The position numbers and the translations under genes are program-made. A model generated the notes under the pieces. It ran no database searches and was not told the origin of the DNA. It was given only the letters and a program-made list of their open reading frames with translations. DNA of 58,316 bases, counting the filler, from Sphacelaria rigidula (Eukaryota): assembly GCA_964200075.2 (NCBI GenBank). It is 8 parts of 8 records of this genome, joined end to end, with 100 filler letters (N's around TTAATTAATTAA, not from the genome) between each part and the next. Parts side by side here need not be neighbours in the genome. Positions count along the whole stretch, not along the records: positions 21,909 to 29,110 come from CAXNAA020015986.1; positions 29,211 to 36,412 come from CAXNAA020015987.1; 6 more parts are not named here. One strand, given 5' to 3'. This document shows positions 24,444 to 35,288 of the stretch, piece after piece (the stretch's first letter is position 1; each line of letters opens with the position of its first letter).

Positions 24444-25068
24444 TGTTCTGTACGAGGAAATGGGCTCAAACGTTGACTGTGACCGATTGGCAAAGGGCAG
24501 GAGTTGCTGGTTGCAGGAGGTCGCGAGCCAGGATTCCATCCACTTGAGTATGTGGTTCCATGAGTTGCGCCTGAATGTATGATGACTAATTTGTGAGCGT
24601 GGCTTATATCTCAGCACAATCAGACTGATGCTCCATAGCACCCCCCGGGGCAATAAGAATTCGGTTGTAGAACCTCTTTTTTCTCGATAATAGACGGAGT
24701 TATCTACAACTAGATGTCATTAATATCTGAAAGTAAATATTTAACTCCAGACTTACAAATTTTCACGTCGTAATCAAGGCTTCTGTCGAGAAATTTAACG
24801 TTGCGATCTCCTTACATAAGGGTGTTATACCCCGTCGCCTATTGGATGTGGATCCAACGTACACAATAAGAAACCTTCAACAGAATCCTACGAGTGGTAA
24901 CGAGATCTGATAGCTGAGTACGAGGAGGCGAGGGCGTCGTGGTTTTTTCTTGGTCGATTTTGTGGCTACGATTGTTTGAAAAGATTCGGACCTCGAGTAG
25001 ACGGCATACACGAACCAAGTTTTTGTGTCGATCTTTCCTAGATACCTTACGGACGAACTCTTGAGCAG

Positions 25069-25388
25069 GGTGTAAGGTATGGCCAAAAATGAAACGGAAA
25101 CGCGTGTTGAATGGGAAAGTCTGATGATTAAGCGCGGAGAGACCGTAATGGTCGACGAGGTTGGCAGGGTGTATGACCCACTGCTCTCCAGCAACCGCAC
25201 CAACAACAAATATCGTGCTCCTTCCGCGGACTCCGCAGCTCCTCCCCAATTATCTACAACCTTGACGCGCACGCACGACCCAACAGTCGTGGTGGACGCC
25301 GCGGGCGTGGCTTATAGCGTCCGGCTACATCTTTCCAAGCATCTGCAGACGATCGAGCGGGTGGAAAGGCTAGAGAACACTGTGCTGG
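25069..25388 (+). CDS. Probable exon of an unknown protein (…ETRVEWESLMIKRGETVMVDEVGRVYDPL…IERVERLENTVLG)
   Basis: Open and protein-like, ending at a strong G|GTGAGT donor. 5' boundary uncertain. Confidence 0.4.
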
Positions 25389-25468
25389 GTGAGTGCTCAT
25401 GATTCCATGTAGGGACATGGCTATGATCCATGGCCTGACGCTGCTTGTACATAGGCTTACAAGGCTTC

Positions 25469-25795
25469 CAAAGGGCGGGTCGGATAGGATACTGGTTGTA
25501 CTTGGATACTCGGGTAGAATACCCGGATATTTAGTCTGCCCAAGAACTGGGTAGACTGGGTACGACCTCAAGTACTCTACCCAAATTTTGGGTACATTGG
25601 GTACGACCTCAAACACTCTACCCAAATACTGAGTAAAGCATTCTCAGCAATACCTGGGTATAGAGTATATCCCTCGGGTACAACCTCAATACTCCACCCA
25701 AAATTTGTCCATGTTGGGTACGACCTCATGTATTCTACCCAAATTTGGCGTAGAGTGGGTATGACCTCAAATAATCTACCCAAATATTGGTTAAA
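25469..25795 (+). mobile_element. Family E element, partial copy with GGGTACGACCTCAA tandem units
   Basis: Colinear with 26426-26914. Confidence 0.75.
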
Positions 25796-25796
25796 G

Positions 25797-26425
25797 CCGT
25801 GTCTTAGGACATTGTTCTTGGATTGAAGAAAAAATGTGGTTGATTTCTTGCGAGTTGAGTCCAAGCGAATTTGCAAGTTTTCTATCAAAAAACGACAGTG
25901 AAGCTCGTGAAGCGGTACTTGTTCGCTTGTCTACGGTACAGTACTGTACTGTCTACGCTGTATGCGTACCGTGTGCCCGAGTGTCTGTGGGCGCGATTCG
26001 TGCAGTAGGATGTGAAGAAGAAGCAGGCAACGTGCAGTGTAGACAGCGTGGGACTGTACTCTCTGCCTACAGTGTGACTTGAAAAGGACTTGAATAACGT
26101 GCAGCTTTGTACTGCCTGCGCTTTCCATGAGTGTACGCAAGTCGGTCGCCAACCCTACCATGCAGTTCCGTCACCGATCCCCACCATGAAAGAAGATGCT
26201 CAAGTTCTCGCCAACAAAAAAAACACATCATACTCAACTACTGCAGTGTGTGTATCGCTGTGCCCAACTCGTGATCTATGCTGCAGAGTTGCGATGGTAG
26301 CTGAGAATGAGTTGTGTGGGGTTTGCATGATTCAGTGAACGGGTGGTATCTGGCGTGGTGGTCTGCAAGATTGGAGTCAAGTGCTCCTCCGTACCTTTCC
26401 TCAGCATGTTTTCGATCGAAAAGCC
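25797..26425 (+). repeat. Interspersed repeat shared with 2990-3690
   Basis: Same colinear blocks as listed for 2990-3690. Confidence 0.7.
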
Positions 26426-26914
26426 CAAGGTTAGGTCAGGTAGGGTATGTACTTCTGGATAATCGGGTAAAATACCCGGGTATTTTAGTCTGCCCAAGAA
26501 TTGGGTAGACTGGGTACGGCCTCAAGTACTCTACCCAAAATTGGGTAGCTTGGGTACGACCTCGAATACCCTACTCAAATATTCGGTAAGCACTCTCAGC
26601 AATACCTGGGTATATCACTTGGGTATGACCTCAACACTCTACCTAAATTTTGGTCAGATTGGGTACGACCTCAAGCATTCTACCCAAATATTGGGTGAAG
26701 TACTCTCAGCAACATCTGGCTATAGAGTATCACTTGGGTATGACCTCAATACTCTGCCCAAAATTGGGGTTTGTTGGGTACGACCTCAAATACTCTACCG
26801 AAATTTGGGGTAGATTGGGTACGACCTCAAGTACTCTATCCAGATGTTTGGGTTGTAAGAGTATGACTTTCCAACGTATCGAGTATTTGGTACACCCTAC
26901 CCGGCCTGCCCTTG
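26426..26914. mobile_element. Family E TIR element with an internal array of TGGGTA(C/T)GACCTCAAnnACTCTACCCAAA units
   Basis: Imperfect TIRs caaggttaggtcaggtagggtatgtac / gtacaccctacccggcctgcccttg. About 7 internal units. Termini resemble the hAT MITE at 54318. Confidence 0.75.
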
Positions 26915-28149
26915 AAGAGTTCACACAAAACGGTACTCCAGCGATGCCCACATGTCAACGCGGTCCTCCTTGAGGCGGGCCCCCATATACGGCCGTGGAA
27001 GCCGCCTTGCACCATTACTCGTCCGATAGATAGGACTCAGTCCACTTTGAGGCTGGCCCCCATTTGAAGATGGTCAATTTTCGCTTGCACTAAACCACCG
27101 TCTTATACCCACTCTACGATACAGTGCATTGTACGTGTGGATACTAACCTAAAAAAAGAGAATATTGCTACAACGTCCGTCGAGCACCCGTCACATTTTC
27201 ACCTTGGCGACACAGGGAGATAGATATGTACGCTTCCTAAAACCGCAGGTCTTGGTTTCAAATTCCAGCCCCCTTTCAACGCGACAAATGTCGAACTGCC
27301 TCCGAAATTAACGGGAAACAAAAAAAGTCGTACGGGCCGCCCTGAGTATTGAACTGGTTGATTGATTGTCGCCATCAATTGACCCCCCAGGGATATAGTA
27401 CAGTCGTGATCACATGATAGGCGTACCCGAGATAAAACAAAGCGGAAACACTCGCTAAAGGGAAGTTGGAGGAAACATAAAGGTGGAAGAGATACTGAGA
27501 GTAGACCGAACAAAAAAAGACAACAAAAACTAGAACTGGCCGTCCTGTGAAACGTGGCTTCAGGTGGAAAAGGTAATGTGCAATAGCACACGCATCATAC
27601 CCAATCGAGAGAAACAAAAACAAAAAACAAAAACGTTTGGACAGATTGCAGCTCATCTACTTCGGCTACAATGTTGTGGGTGTGAGCCTCACCCGATGAA
27701 CCCTACAGGAGCAAGGCACCAAACTGCAACCTCCACCGTGAGGAGAGAACGCACACATACACACAGAAATAAGGGAAGGTACTCGTAGAGAGAGAACAGA
27801 ACAGAAGGAGACTGCAGAAGTGATGAACACCAAGGACACCGTACAGTAGAGTAGGTACAAATACACAAAACAGGGAACACCACAAGACCACCGACCAAGG
27901 ACAAAATCAGCGACATATAGAAAGGACAGGGTTACATGAATTTCCGTGTAAGCCCAGCTTCGTCCATTCATCCCTAGTCGGGTACAAAGCGAGCCATTAT
28001 CTCAGTCATTTCCATCCTGGATTCCTAACGAACTGTTGCTGCTGTTGTGTTAGCGGTGACAGCTCTCCGATTGGCGAATCTCGACGCAGCAGCCTCTCGT
28101 TTGTGGCGGAGATTCGATCGGCGTTTGTCTTCGCGTCGCTACGTGTCCC

Positions 28150-28470
28150 TGAATTCTTCCGCCCCTTTCTCGGCTCCAAGATGTCATTTGCCCATGTTAT
28201 TCGCTGCAGTGACCCAGTCATCGGCGTCTCTAACCTGCACAGCGTAGATGAACCATTTCCGTTGTGCTCCTTTGCGTCGAAAGCTCCCTGGTGCACGTGG
28301 ATTCTCCCGAAAGTTGTCCCCCCGGTGTTTAAGGGAGGTGGCCAGCCTCCTTGAGCACTTGTGCGGCTAACCGTCCATGCATGATACGTTTTGGGAGGCG
28401 TGCTTCATCCTCCCTGGCAAGCGCTCCCGCAACCAGAGTTGACGCTTGCGGATGATCGTCTCGGTACGTA
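28150..28470 (-). mobile_element. LINE (non-LTR retrotransposon) ORF2 C-terminal remnant
   Basis: Frameshifted TIIRKRQLW/xAGALAREDEARLPKRIMHGRL, the typical post-RT tail (RLPK-x-I-x-x-G) of RTE-like LINEs, followed by a stop. Confidence 0.7.
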
Positions 28471-28526
28471 TGCAGTTGGTAATCTTGACCACAGCTACAA
28501 AGCATGAGTGTATATATGTACACCGC

Positions 28527-28820
28527 CGCGCCCCGGTGGTGTAGTGGTCCGACTGTCGCCACTAGGGTGGAGAGGACGATGGTTTGATTCCCAATGCGTC
28601 GGGTTTTTTCTTCGTAATGTCTGATTTCCACCGTGGAAAGCGTGAGGACGTGAGTAAATAAAGTAGTTGACTGAGCATGTATGACGTGAGTTGACGCGGT
28701 GCGGGAGTGCTGATAGTCATGACTCAATCCGCGAGACCAAAATGCAAGGCGTGTAAGAGATGGTTTGATCCCTTGAGACCACGGACTCATACCGAGGAAG
28801 GGGAGGGGTCCAAAGTGCGA
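28527..28820 (+). mobile_element. SINE family B, near full-length copy
   Basis: tRNA-like head cgccccggtggtgtagtggtcc...ggtttgattccc, followed by the shared body. Confidence 0.75.
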
Positions 28821-29210
28821 CAAATGAACGAACCAAAGTAATATATATATATATACATATTCAATAAATGTATGTGAGACACTTTCTATAGCCCCCCCAA
28901 AAAACCAGCCCAAAACTGTCCCGAAGAAAATGGTCATACAGCGCCTGATGTTTGGTTTCAGGCTTCATGAAGCGCCTCGTACTTCCTGTGTCCCATAAGT
29001 AAAGTCCATTATGGGCTTTTAATCGTTTGTACATTCAAACTCTTCCGATCATCCCGTAGTTGAGTTCGCAGGAAAGATGAAGCGCCAACGAAGCTAATGC
29101 AAAAATAATANNNNNNNNNNNNNNNNNNNNNNNNNNNNNNNNNNNNNNNNNNNNTTAATTAATTAANNNNNNNNNNNNNNNNNNNNNNNNNNNNNNNNNN
29201 NNNNNNNNNN

Positions 29211-29282
29211 CTATCGTTCAGAATCTTACTGAACGTTTTCCCTATCGTGCTCAGTAGCGTTATTCCTCTATAGTTTCCTGGG
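29211..29282 (-). mobile_element. LINE reverse-transcriptase fragment (PGNYRGITLLSTIGKTFSKILND)
   Basis: Classic NYR-x-I-x-L-L motif at the start of non-LTR RT domains, cut by the contig edge. Confidence 0.85.
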
Positions 29283-30666
29283 GGGGGGCGCAAGGAAAAA
29301 GAAGGAAGATGATGATGAAAATAAGGATGTGTAAGGATGAACGAGTTGTAAGAGATAAATAATGGAGATGGAGAACGACACATGGATGAGCGAGACGCGC
29401 ACGCAACGAAGGTCAAGGTACTGTAGCAACGCCATGTGACGGCTCTACGGCGCTTCCCACACCCACGAGCTCGCGAAGCGTCGTCGCCTGTCGCACATGC
29501 GTATCTTGGAGCTCTTGTATCTCCCACCACATCCAGGGCCCAAACAGTGTGTTCTATGCTCGGCTCTGGTGTAAGAGGTCTGCAAGCATCGCTCCAGTAA
29601 ACTCAGCGGTGTGGTGTGTGGGCGTGTTGTGCGTGAGTTAGGACTCTCCTACGTAGGCGCCTGCAGTCCTACAGCACATACGTCTGTACAAGAATCAGGA
29701 ACTCAAGAGAAAGGCATAATCGAATACATGGAACAAGGAGGATAATATTAGGGGTGATAGATAGTGGGATCTGGGGGATGACTCCTAGGGGCGAGGAGGA
29801 CTAGGAGGCATGATTCTGTGAATCGTTAGCATGGCGGTTGCAGATGTCGGTTTCTGTGTAACCTAGACCATATATCCCGATCGTCAATCGCAGTTCATCC
29901 CCCCATAGAATAAAGTGATCTTGATTGATGCTGACCTGTGAACTCTCTTGAAGTCTCACCGTATCGTTGATGACATGACAACACCCATGACGCTTGAAAT
30001 ATTGGAAGTTGACGGTACGCTTTCGCCACGACTTGAATCCTTTTGCCAGAGTTTTTGCGTACACAACATCGTATTGCTGATTGTTTCATCCTACGGTACA
30101 TTATCGAGTTTTGAGTTAGCTCACTTTGTTCGGAGACCTGCAAAAACAACCGCAGTAGCAATTGCTCTTGTCCGGAGACGTTATTGAAACGGAACCTTTT
30201 CCAGGCAGAAATCTCCAGCATTTTTGGTGAAAGAAGAAAAAATCTTCTCAGAAAAATGTGAGAGCAGATTTCTTGCCCACGTCAGACAATAAATAAATTC
30301 AAGCCTGGCTACAGATTTCTCTAAGAATCTAGGGTCGGATTTTTTTTAATATCTTTTCAGCATTTAATGTTTTGGAGAAGTCACGGGAAAAAAATCCTTT
30401 TTTTTTTAAAGAAAAGTCGAATGACCCTAAAGAAAAATCACGTCAATAATGAATGCCCCAACATACGAGAAATGAACATTTTCAAATGTTTCATGTACTT
30501 GTATGTTCTGCGCAAAGACGTTGCTGTTGTGTGTTCGCTTGGAGCTTTCCGCAGCCTACCCCTTCTCTGCGTGAATCCCCTCTTGCGCTGATCCAAACTC
30601 TTGCATGTGTATGGCCTTCACGCCCCCCTCAACGACCCTGTCGTGTTGATCCGTGCTGTTGGGAAG

Positions 30667-30732
30667 ACGGATGAGGATGGAGTGGACAGCGACGACGAGG
30701 CTACCCAAGATCCCACCGTGGATGGCTCAGAG
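30667..30732 (+). CDS. TOR: Possible TOR exon (TDEDGVDSDDEATQDPTVDGSE)
   Basis: AAG acceptor, GAG|GTAC donor, phase 0/0, acidic linker upstream of the clear TOR exons. Confidence 0.5.
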
Positions 30733-31071
30733 GTACGACAAGTATATATATATATATATATATTTAATAAAACGATCGACGGAGCTGGGAGGTTTTATCA
30801 AATTCATTCATGTATCGCCTGGTTGGCTGTTTAGTTGGTCAGCTGACTCGCTGGTTATGTTGATTCACGGGTGAGTAGATCTGTACTAGCGAAATCAATT
30901 TCCCGAAAAACCAGCGTTCACCATTTTTCTCTTCACCTGCTTGCTGCAACTGATATCAAATATGGTACCTTGTCCAGCAAATCAAAGTAGTCCTCAGTCC
31001 CTGTGTTGATGACTATGGCAAGCATGATCATGAGTACCCCCCCCCCCCCGCTATGGGCGCGCCGTTCCCAG

Positions 31072-31293
31072 GCTGGAGGGGCCCCTCGCACAGCGTCGCG
31101 ATCATCGCACTCTGATGGAGGGACCAACCGCTCCGCTGCTAGCACGGCCGGGGGACCTAGTGCTGCGGGAAGCACGTCTGGTACGAGAGGGAGCTTCCGG
31201 AAGCGGGGCAGGGCGCGTGGGAATAGTCGGGGCGAGTCCCCAGGGTTGTTGGGGTTGGGGCTTGGTGGCGGAAAGGATCCCTTGGGATTGCAG
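31072..31293 (+). CDS. TOR: Probable TOR exon, G/S/R-rich linker (AGGAPRTASRSS...KDPLGLQ)
   Basis: CCAG acceptor, CAG|GTGGGT donor, 222 nt phase 0/0. Confidence 0.6.
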
Positions 31294-31354
31294 GTGGGTG
31301 CCATATTTTGGCTGTTCGTTTACGTTTGCGCGGGTGCATTTTTGGTGTGATGTG

Positions 31355-31355
31355 G

Positions 31356-31429
<74 letters not shown>

Positions 31430-31430
31430 A
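31355..31430 (+). repeat. (GTT)n microsatellite at the 3' tail of a minus-strand SINE B copy
   Basis: Directly visible, immediately adjoining the SINE end. Confidence 0.9.
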
Positions 31431-31434
31431 TTTG

Positions 31435-32045
31435 TTCGTCGCACTTTAAACCCCTGCCCTTCCTCGGGGCGAGTCCGTGGTCTCAAGGGATCATCCCATT
31501 TCTCCCCCGGTACACGCCTTGCACTTTGGGTTCGCAGATTCGATCAGCACTCCCGCACCGCATCAACTCCTGTCAAACAAACTCAGTCAACAAATTTGCA
31601 GGGAGGGATATGTGACACACGTGACACATTTGAAAAAAACGGAAAAAAACGGAACTCTGGACCATTTAACGCTGCGTGAGGTTTGATTTTTTGGACGGGA
31701 CAAATGCATCGTAACGTGATGTAACATGTGGACCTTGAAGCAGCGTGTCTTGGTGTTTTCCAGGTGTAAAAAAGGGCTGTTTTTTGTGAATTTTTAACGT
31801 GACACGTGATACCTGACATATTCACGAAAACAAGCAGAGTTTTCGTCACATTTGGCAAGTGAAACGCAATGTTAGGGTTCATGCGAAGGGCCACACGTTA
31901 CACCACGTCACGTTGCGTATGTCCCATCCAAAAACTCAAATCTTACGTAGCGTTAAATGACCCATAGTTACGTGTTTTCGAATGTGCCACGTTAAAACGT
32001 CACGTGTCATGTATCCCTCCCTGCAAATTTGTTTACTCACGTCCT
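31435..32045 (-). mobile_element. SINE family B copy interrupted by a hAT MITE
   Basis: Core cagcactcccgcaccgcatcaactc. The SINE resumes after the MITE (tttactcacgtcct is the reverse complement of aggacgtgagtaaa at ~28645). Confidence 0.75.
31599..32023. mobile_element. hAT-type MITE
   Basis: TIRs CAGGGAGGGATA / TATCCCTCCCTG, perfect 8-bp TSD CAAATTTG at 31591-31598 and 32024-32031. Confidence 0.9.
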
Positions 32046-32467
32046 ACTTCGAGACCTACTGAACTAAATCTTGGTGCAAAACACCACGCCAGATCTCCTG
32101 GAGCAATGGTACACATGTATCAGCTTTTCAAAGCACAAATACGTCACACTAGGATGCATAATAGAGAACTTGTCCCGAAGATCCCACACCTGATTAGCTG
32201 ATGAGATCACCAGAAGTCACCCGTGATTTGCCTCGCGTCCGTGGGTTCCTCTTTTAATTTTGTCTTCCCCTCGTCACTTTTAGCTTCACAGTGTGTGTGT
32301 GTGTGTTCAACCTATAGATATATGGTTTTTATTTTCTAAGTGCTTTCTGTAGTACCGTTTTCCCTTCAAATGCCAGTTTCTACGTGTCTGGGCATCTTTT
32401 GAGTCCTTGATTTCCCCTCTCCCCCAACGCTTGTACGGCCGTCATGAACGTCATTCATTGGTCGCAG

Positions 32468-32686
32468 AGAGAGGCCGGTGAGTCAGTCATGTATGGCATA
32501 GGAGGGACATCTGCCCCAGGCATCATAGATAACGACCCCACGGGGAGGGGCTCGACGTTCGACGCCGTCGATGATCACGACAAGCTTAACGAAAGGGCGG
32601 TTTCTGTGGTGCAGCGGATTCAGACCAAGCTCACAGGAAGGGACTTTGGAGATGGCTGTCCTGGAATGCTGTCTGTCAGCGAGCAG
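32468..32686 (+). CDS. TOR: TOR kinase penultimate exon (…DKLNERAVSVVQRIQTKLTGRDF…LSVSEQ)
   Basis: LNxxAxxVxxRIxxKLTGRDF is the TOR pre-FATC signature. GCAG acceptor, CAG|GT donor, phase 0/0. Confidence 0.92.
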
Positions 32687-33539
32687 GTGTGTGCGTGAAA
32701 CAGACGGATACACAGACAGGCAGATAGATGAGACATAGAGCGACAGAGACAAATAGAATATGTGTGTGCTTCCCAAGTAGAGAAGGCGCCCGCAGCTAAG
32801 AAACGTTCATGTGGGGGTGGAGGCTCAATGTGCTGTAACGAGGGTTCGCACGCGCGCAGCTGCATTTTTTAATGACAGTTCATTTTGCTCCTGCGAGACT
32901 ATCAACCATAGATCCCCCGCTTCTGTTCTCATTTCGTTTGTAAAATTTCGTCCTTGCTCAGCGAGAATCACCCTTCACGTCGATTTCGCAGCCGTTCCGA
33001 CGGGAAACGCAGCACGACAGCCAGCTCGCAGAGAGTGATACCCCATACCACCACCTGCGGTCCGGCTCAAGCTATACACCGCTGTACGGTGTACAACTAT
33101 GTACCCGCCATGAGCTTGCAAGAGCCGATAAAGACTGAAACTTACATTTCGGCAAGCTCTTGGCTTGTTTCCGAGTTCTTCTCGCCACTTTTCCATTTTT
33201 TTTTCGCCCGAACACGAAAATCATTTTCCTTCACGGAATTTTTCTTGGAACACTGCGGGTGCCCTTTACACAAAGTGGAAAAAAGAAAGCGATGCCCTCT
33301 CTCAACGGCATGGTATAAATGGTGGTAAGTCGTGTTCGGGAAGCCCTTTGATTCTAATAATAGTTAGCCGGCCATATTACCTCTCAAAACTTTGGTTGGG
33401 TTTTGAAAAAAGCGTGCACGCTCTGTGTGTACACCCGGTCACTTTATTGCTGCGTCTCACTTGGTTTTGGAATTGTCTTGCTATGTAGGTGGGGAAACCT
33501 CCGAAAAAAGAAAACATCTAGTTATCGTGCGGTGAAGGT

Positions 33540-34860
33540 ACGCTCTGCCTCCTCCCCCCACTCCCTTTAGCCTGGTCCGGCGAAAACCCGGCGCGCTCTG
33601 GCCCGGCTTTGCAGGGATGAATCTCGTATGGGATTGGCGTCGGTTAGCAACCACGCTGTAAAACACGTCGCACACTGCGTAAGCTAGGTAACGAGGCTTA
33701 ACGTTTTTGTTGTGCGTGCTTTTGCGTTTTTTTCGCGGTAAACATGATGGTGGTCGAGCTGGATCATACTGTATGGGGTGGGAGAACCTTGATTCCGCGC
33801 AAAGGAGATGATCATACTACGTAGTGTTGAAATGGTGAGATAGATGCCCATGAGGTAGTATGTAAGCCGTGGCCGTCTCTGGAAGTGGCGATACCGGAAA
33901 ATAAAGCAACTCATTGCAGGCTGTCATCTACATGCAAAGATAACCAGTACGCTTCAGGCCGAAGAATCTTGGCAGGATGCAGCTCACCCTTCATGCGACT
34001 CGCCGAACACACCACGGTGCTTCGTGCTTGATGATTGATTGCGAGCCTGGTCCGGCGAAACCTCGGCGTGCTCCATCCCGGCTTTGTAGGACGCGGCGAG
34101 GTCAATGATCATATGGCTACAGCATTCAAGATCATGAGTACAACCTCCGCACTCCCTTGGTGTTTGCGATCCTGGTCTGGCGAAAACCCGGCGTGCTCCG
34201 TCCCGGCTTTGTAGGAGCGGACCCCCATATGGGGTTGGTGTCGGTTGGCAATGACGCTGTGAAACACGCTACTCACTGCGTAAGCTAGGCAAACAGGTTA
34301 CCGATTTTGTTTTGCGCGCTCGCGTTTTTTTTTTTGCGGTAACCATGATGGTCGAGCTGGATTATAGTGTGCGGAGTGGGAGAACCTCAACTCCGCGCGA
34401 AGGAGATGAGCATACTACGTAGTGTTGAAATGGTGAGATGCCCACGAGGCAGTGTATAAGCCGTGGCTGTCTCTGGAAGTGGTGATACCAGAAAATGGAG
34501 CAACTCATTGAAAGCTATCCTCCATATGTGCAAGTGATTTCTACGCTTCGAGCCGAACAAATTTGGCAGGATGCAGCTCAACCTTCGTGCGACTCGCCGA
34601 GCAAACCACGGCCCTTCGCGCTTGGTGATTGACTGCGAGCCTGGTCTGGCGAAAACCTGGCGTGCTCCATCCCGGTTTCGTGGAGATGCGAGGTCAACTG
34701 TCATATGACTATGGCATGCAAGATCATGAGTACACCCGCCCCCCGCCCCCCCCCCCCCTGGTCCGGTAAAACTCGGCGTGCTCCGTCCCGGCATTGTAGG
34801 AATGTGAGGTCAATGGCCTTACGACTACGGCATACAAGATCATAAGTACACCCCCTCCCC
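33540..34860 (+). repeat. Family F complex repeat: two ~600-bp tandem units with a recurring CCTGGTC(C/T)GGCGAAAACCCGGCGTGCTCC motif; other copies at 51116-51400 (-) and 54090-54610 (+)
   Basis: Direct duplication of 33570-34165 and 34170-34860, with the same blocks present in contig 8. Confidence 0.85.
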
Positions 34861-35210
34861 GCCGTGTTTTCAGAGTTGAGGTCGAGAATTTCAGGCGCAG
34901 GTTATTGGCGAAGAGTCACGTTAAACTCAGAAAAAACATAAATCGATATGAGGAGCAGTTTATTTTGGAGCAAGCACCGTGCTGTACCGTCTAATTGCAA
35001 TGTACTTTATGTTGAAAAAAAAAAAAAAAGCATCACGTCGTTATATTACTGTGTCCTACCAGCACCTCCCCCATCAACACTTTTCATAAGCAAACCATGA
35101 TCTCGAGGACGACTTTACCAATAGTTCCCTCTATATTTCTGTTTCGTTTTCCCTCCCCTTGTACCCACGTCTCCCGCCCACCCCCACTCCTTCTCTTTGT
35201 GTCGCATCAG

Positions 35211-35288
35211 GTGGACCGATTAATTGCGCAAGCGTCTGACGAGCAAAACCTGTGCCAGCTATTCGTGGGGTGGTGTCCATTCTGGTGA
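35211..35288 (+). CDS. TOR: TOR kinase terminal exon, FATC domain (VDRLIAQASDEQNLCQLFVGWCPFW*)
   Basis: NLCQxxxGWCPFW* is diagnostic of TOR among PIKKs. Pyrimidine tract plus CAG acceptor. Confidence 0.95.
   Translation: MDRLIAQASDEQNLCQLFVGWCPFW

Noticed and set aside
25469..26914. CRISPR array (also considered for 41373-43017)
   Set aside because: The repeats are degenerate, the spacers recur rather than being unique, the arrays are bounded by TIRs, there are no cas genes, and the context is eukaryotic.
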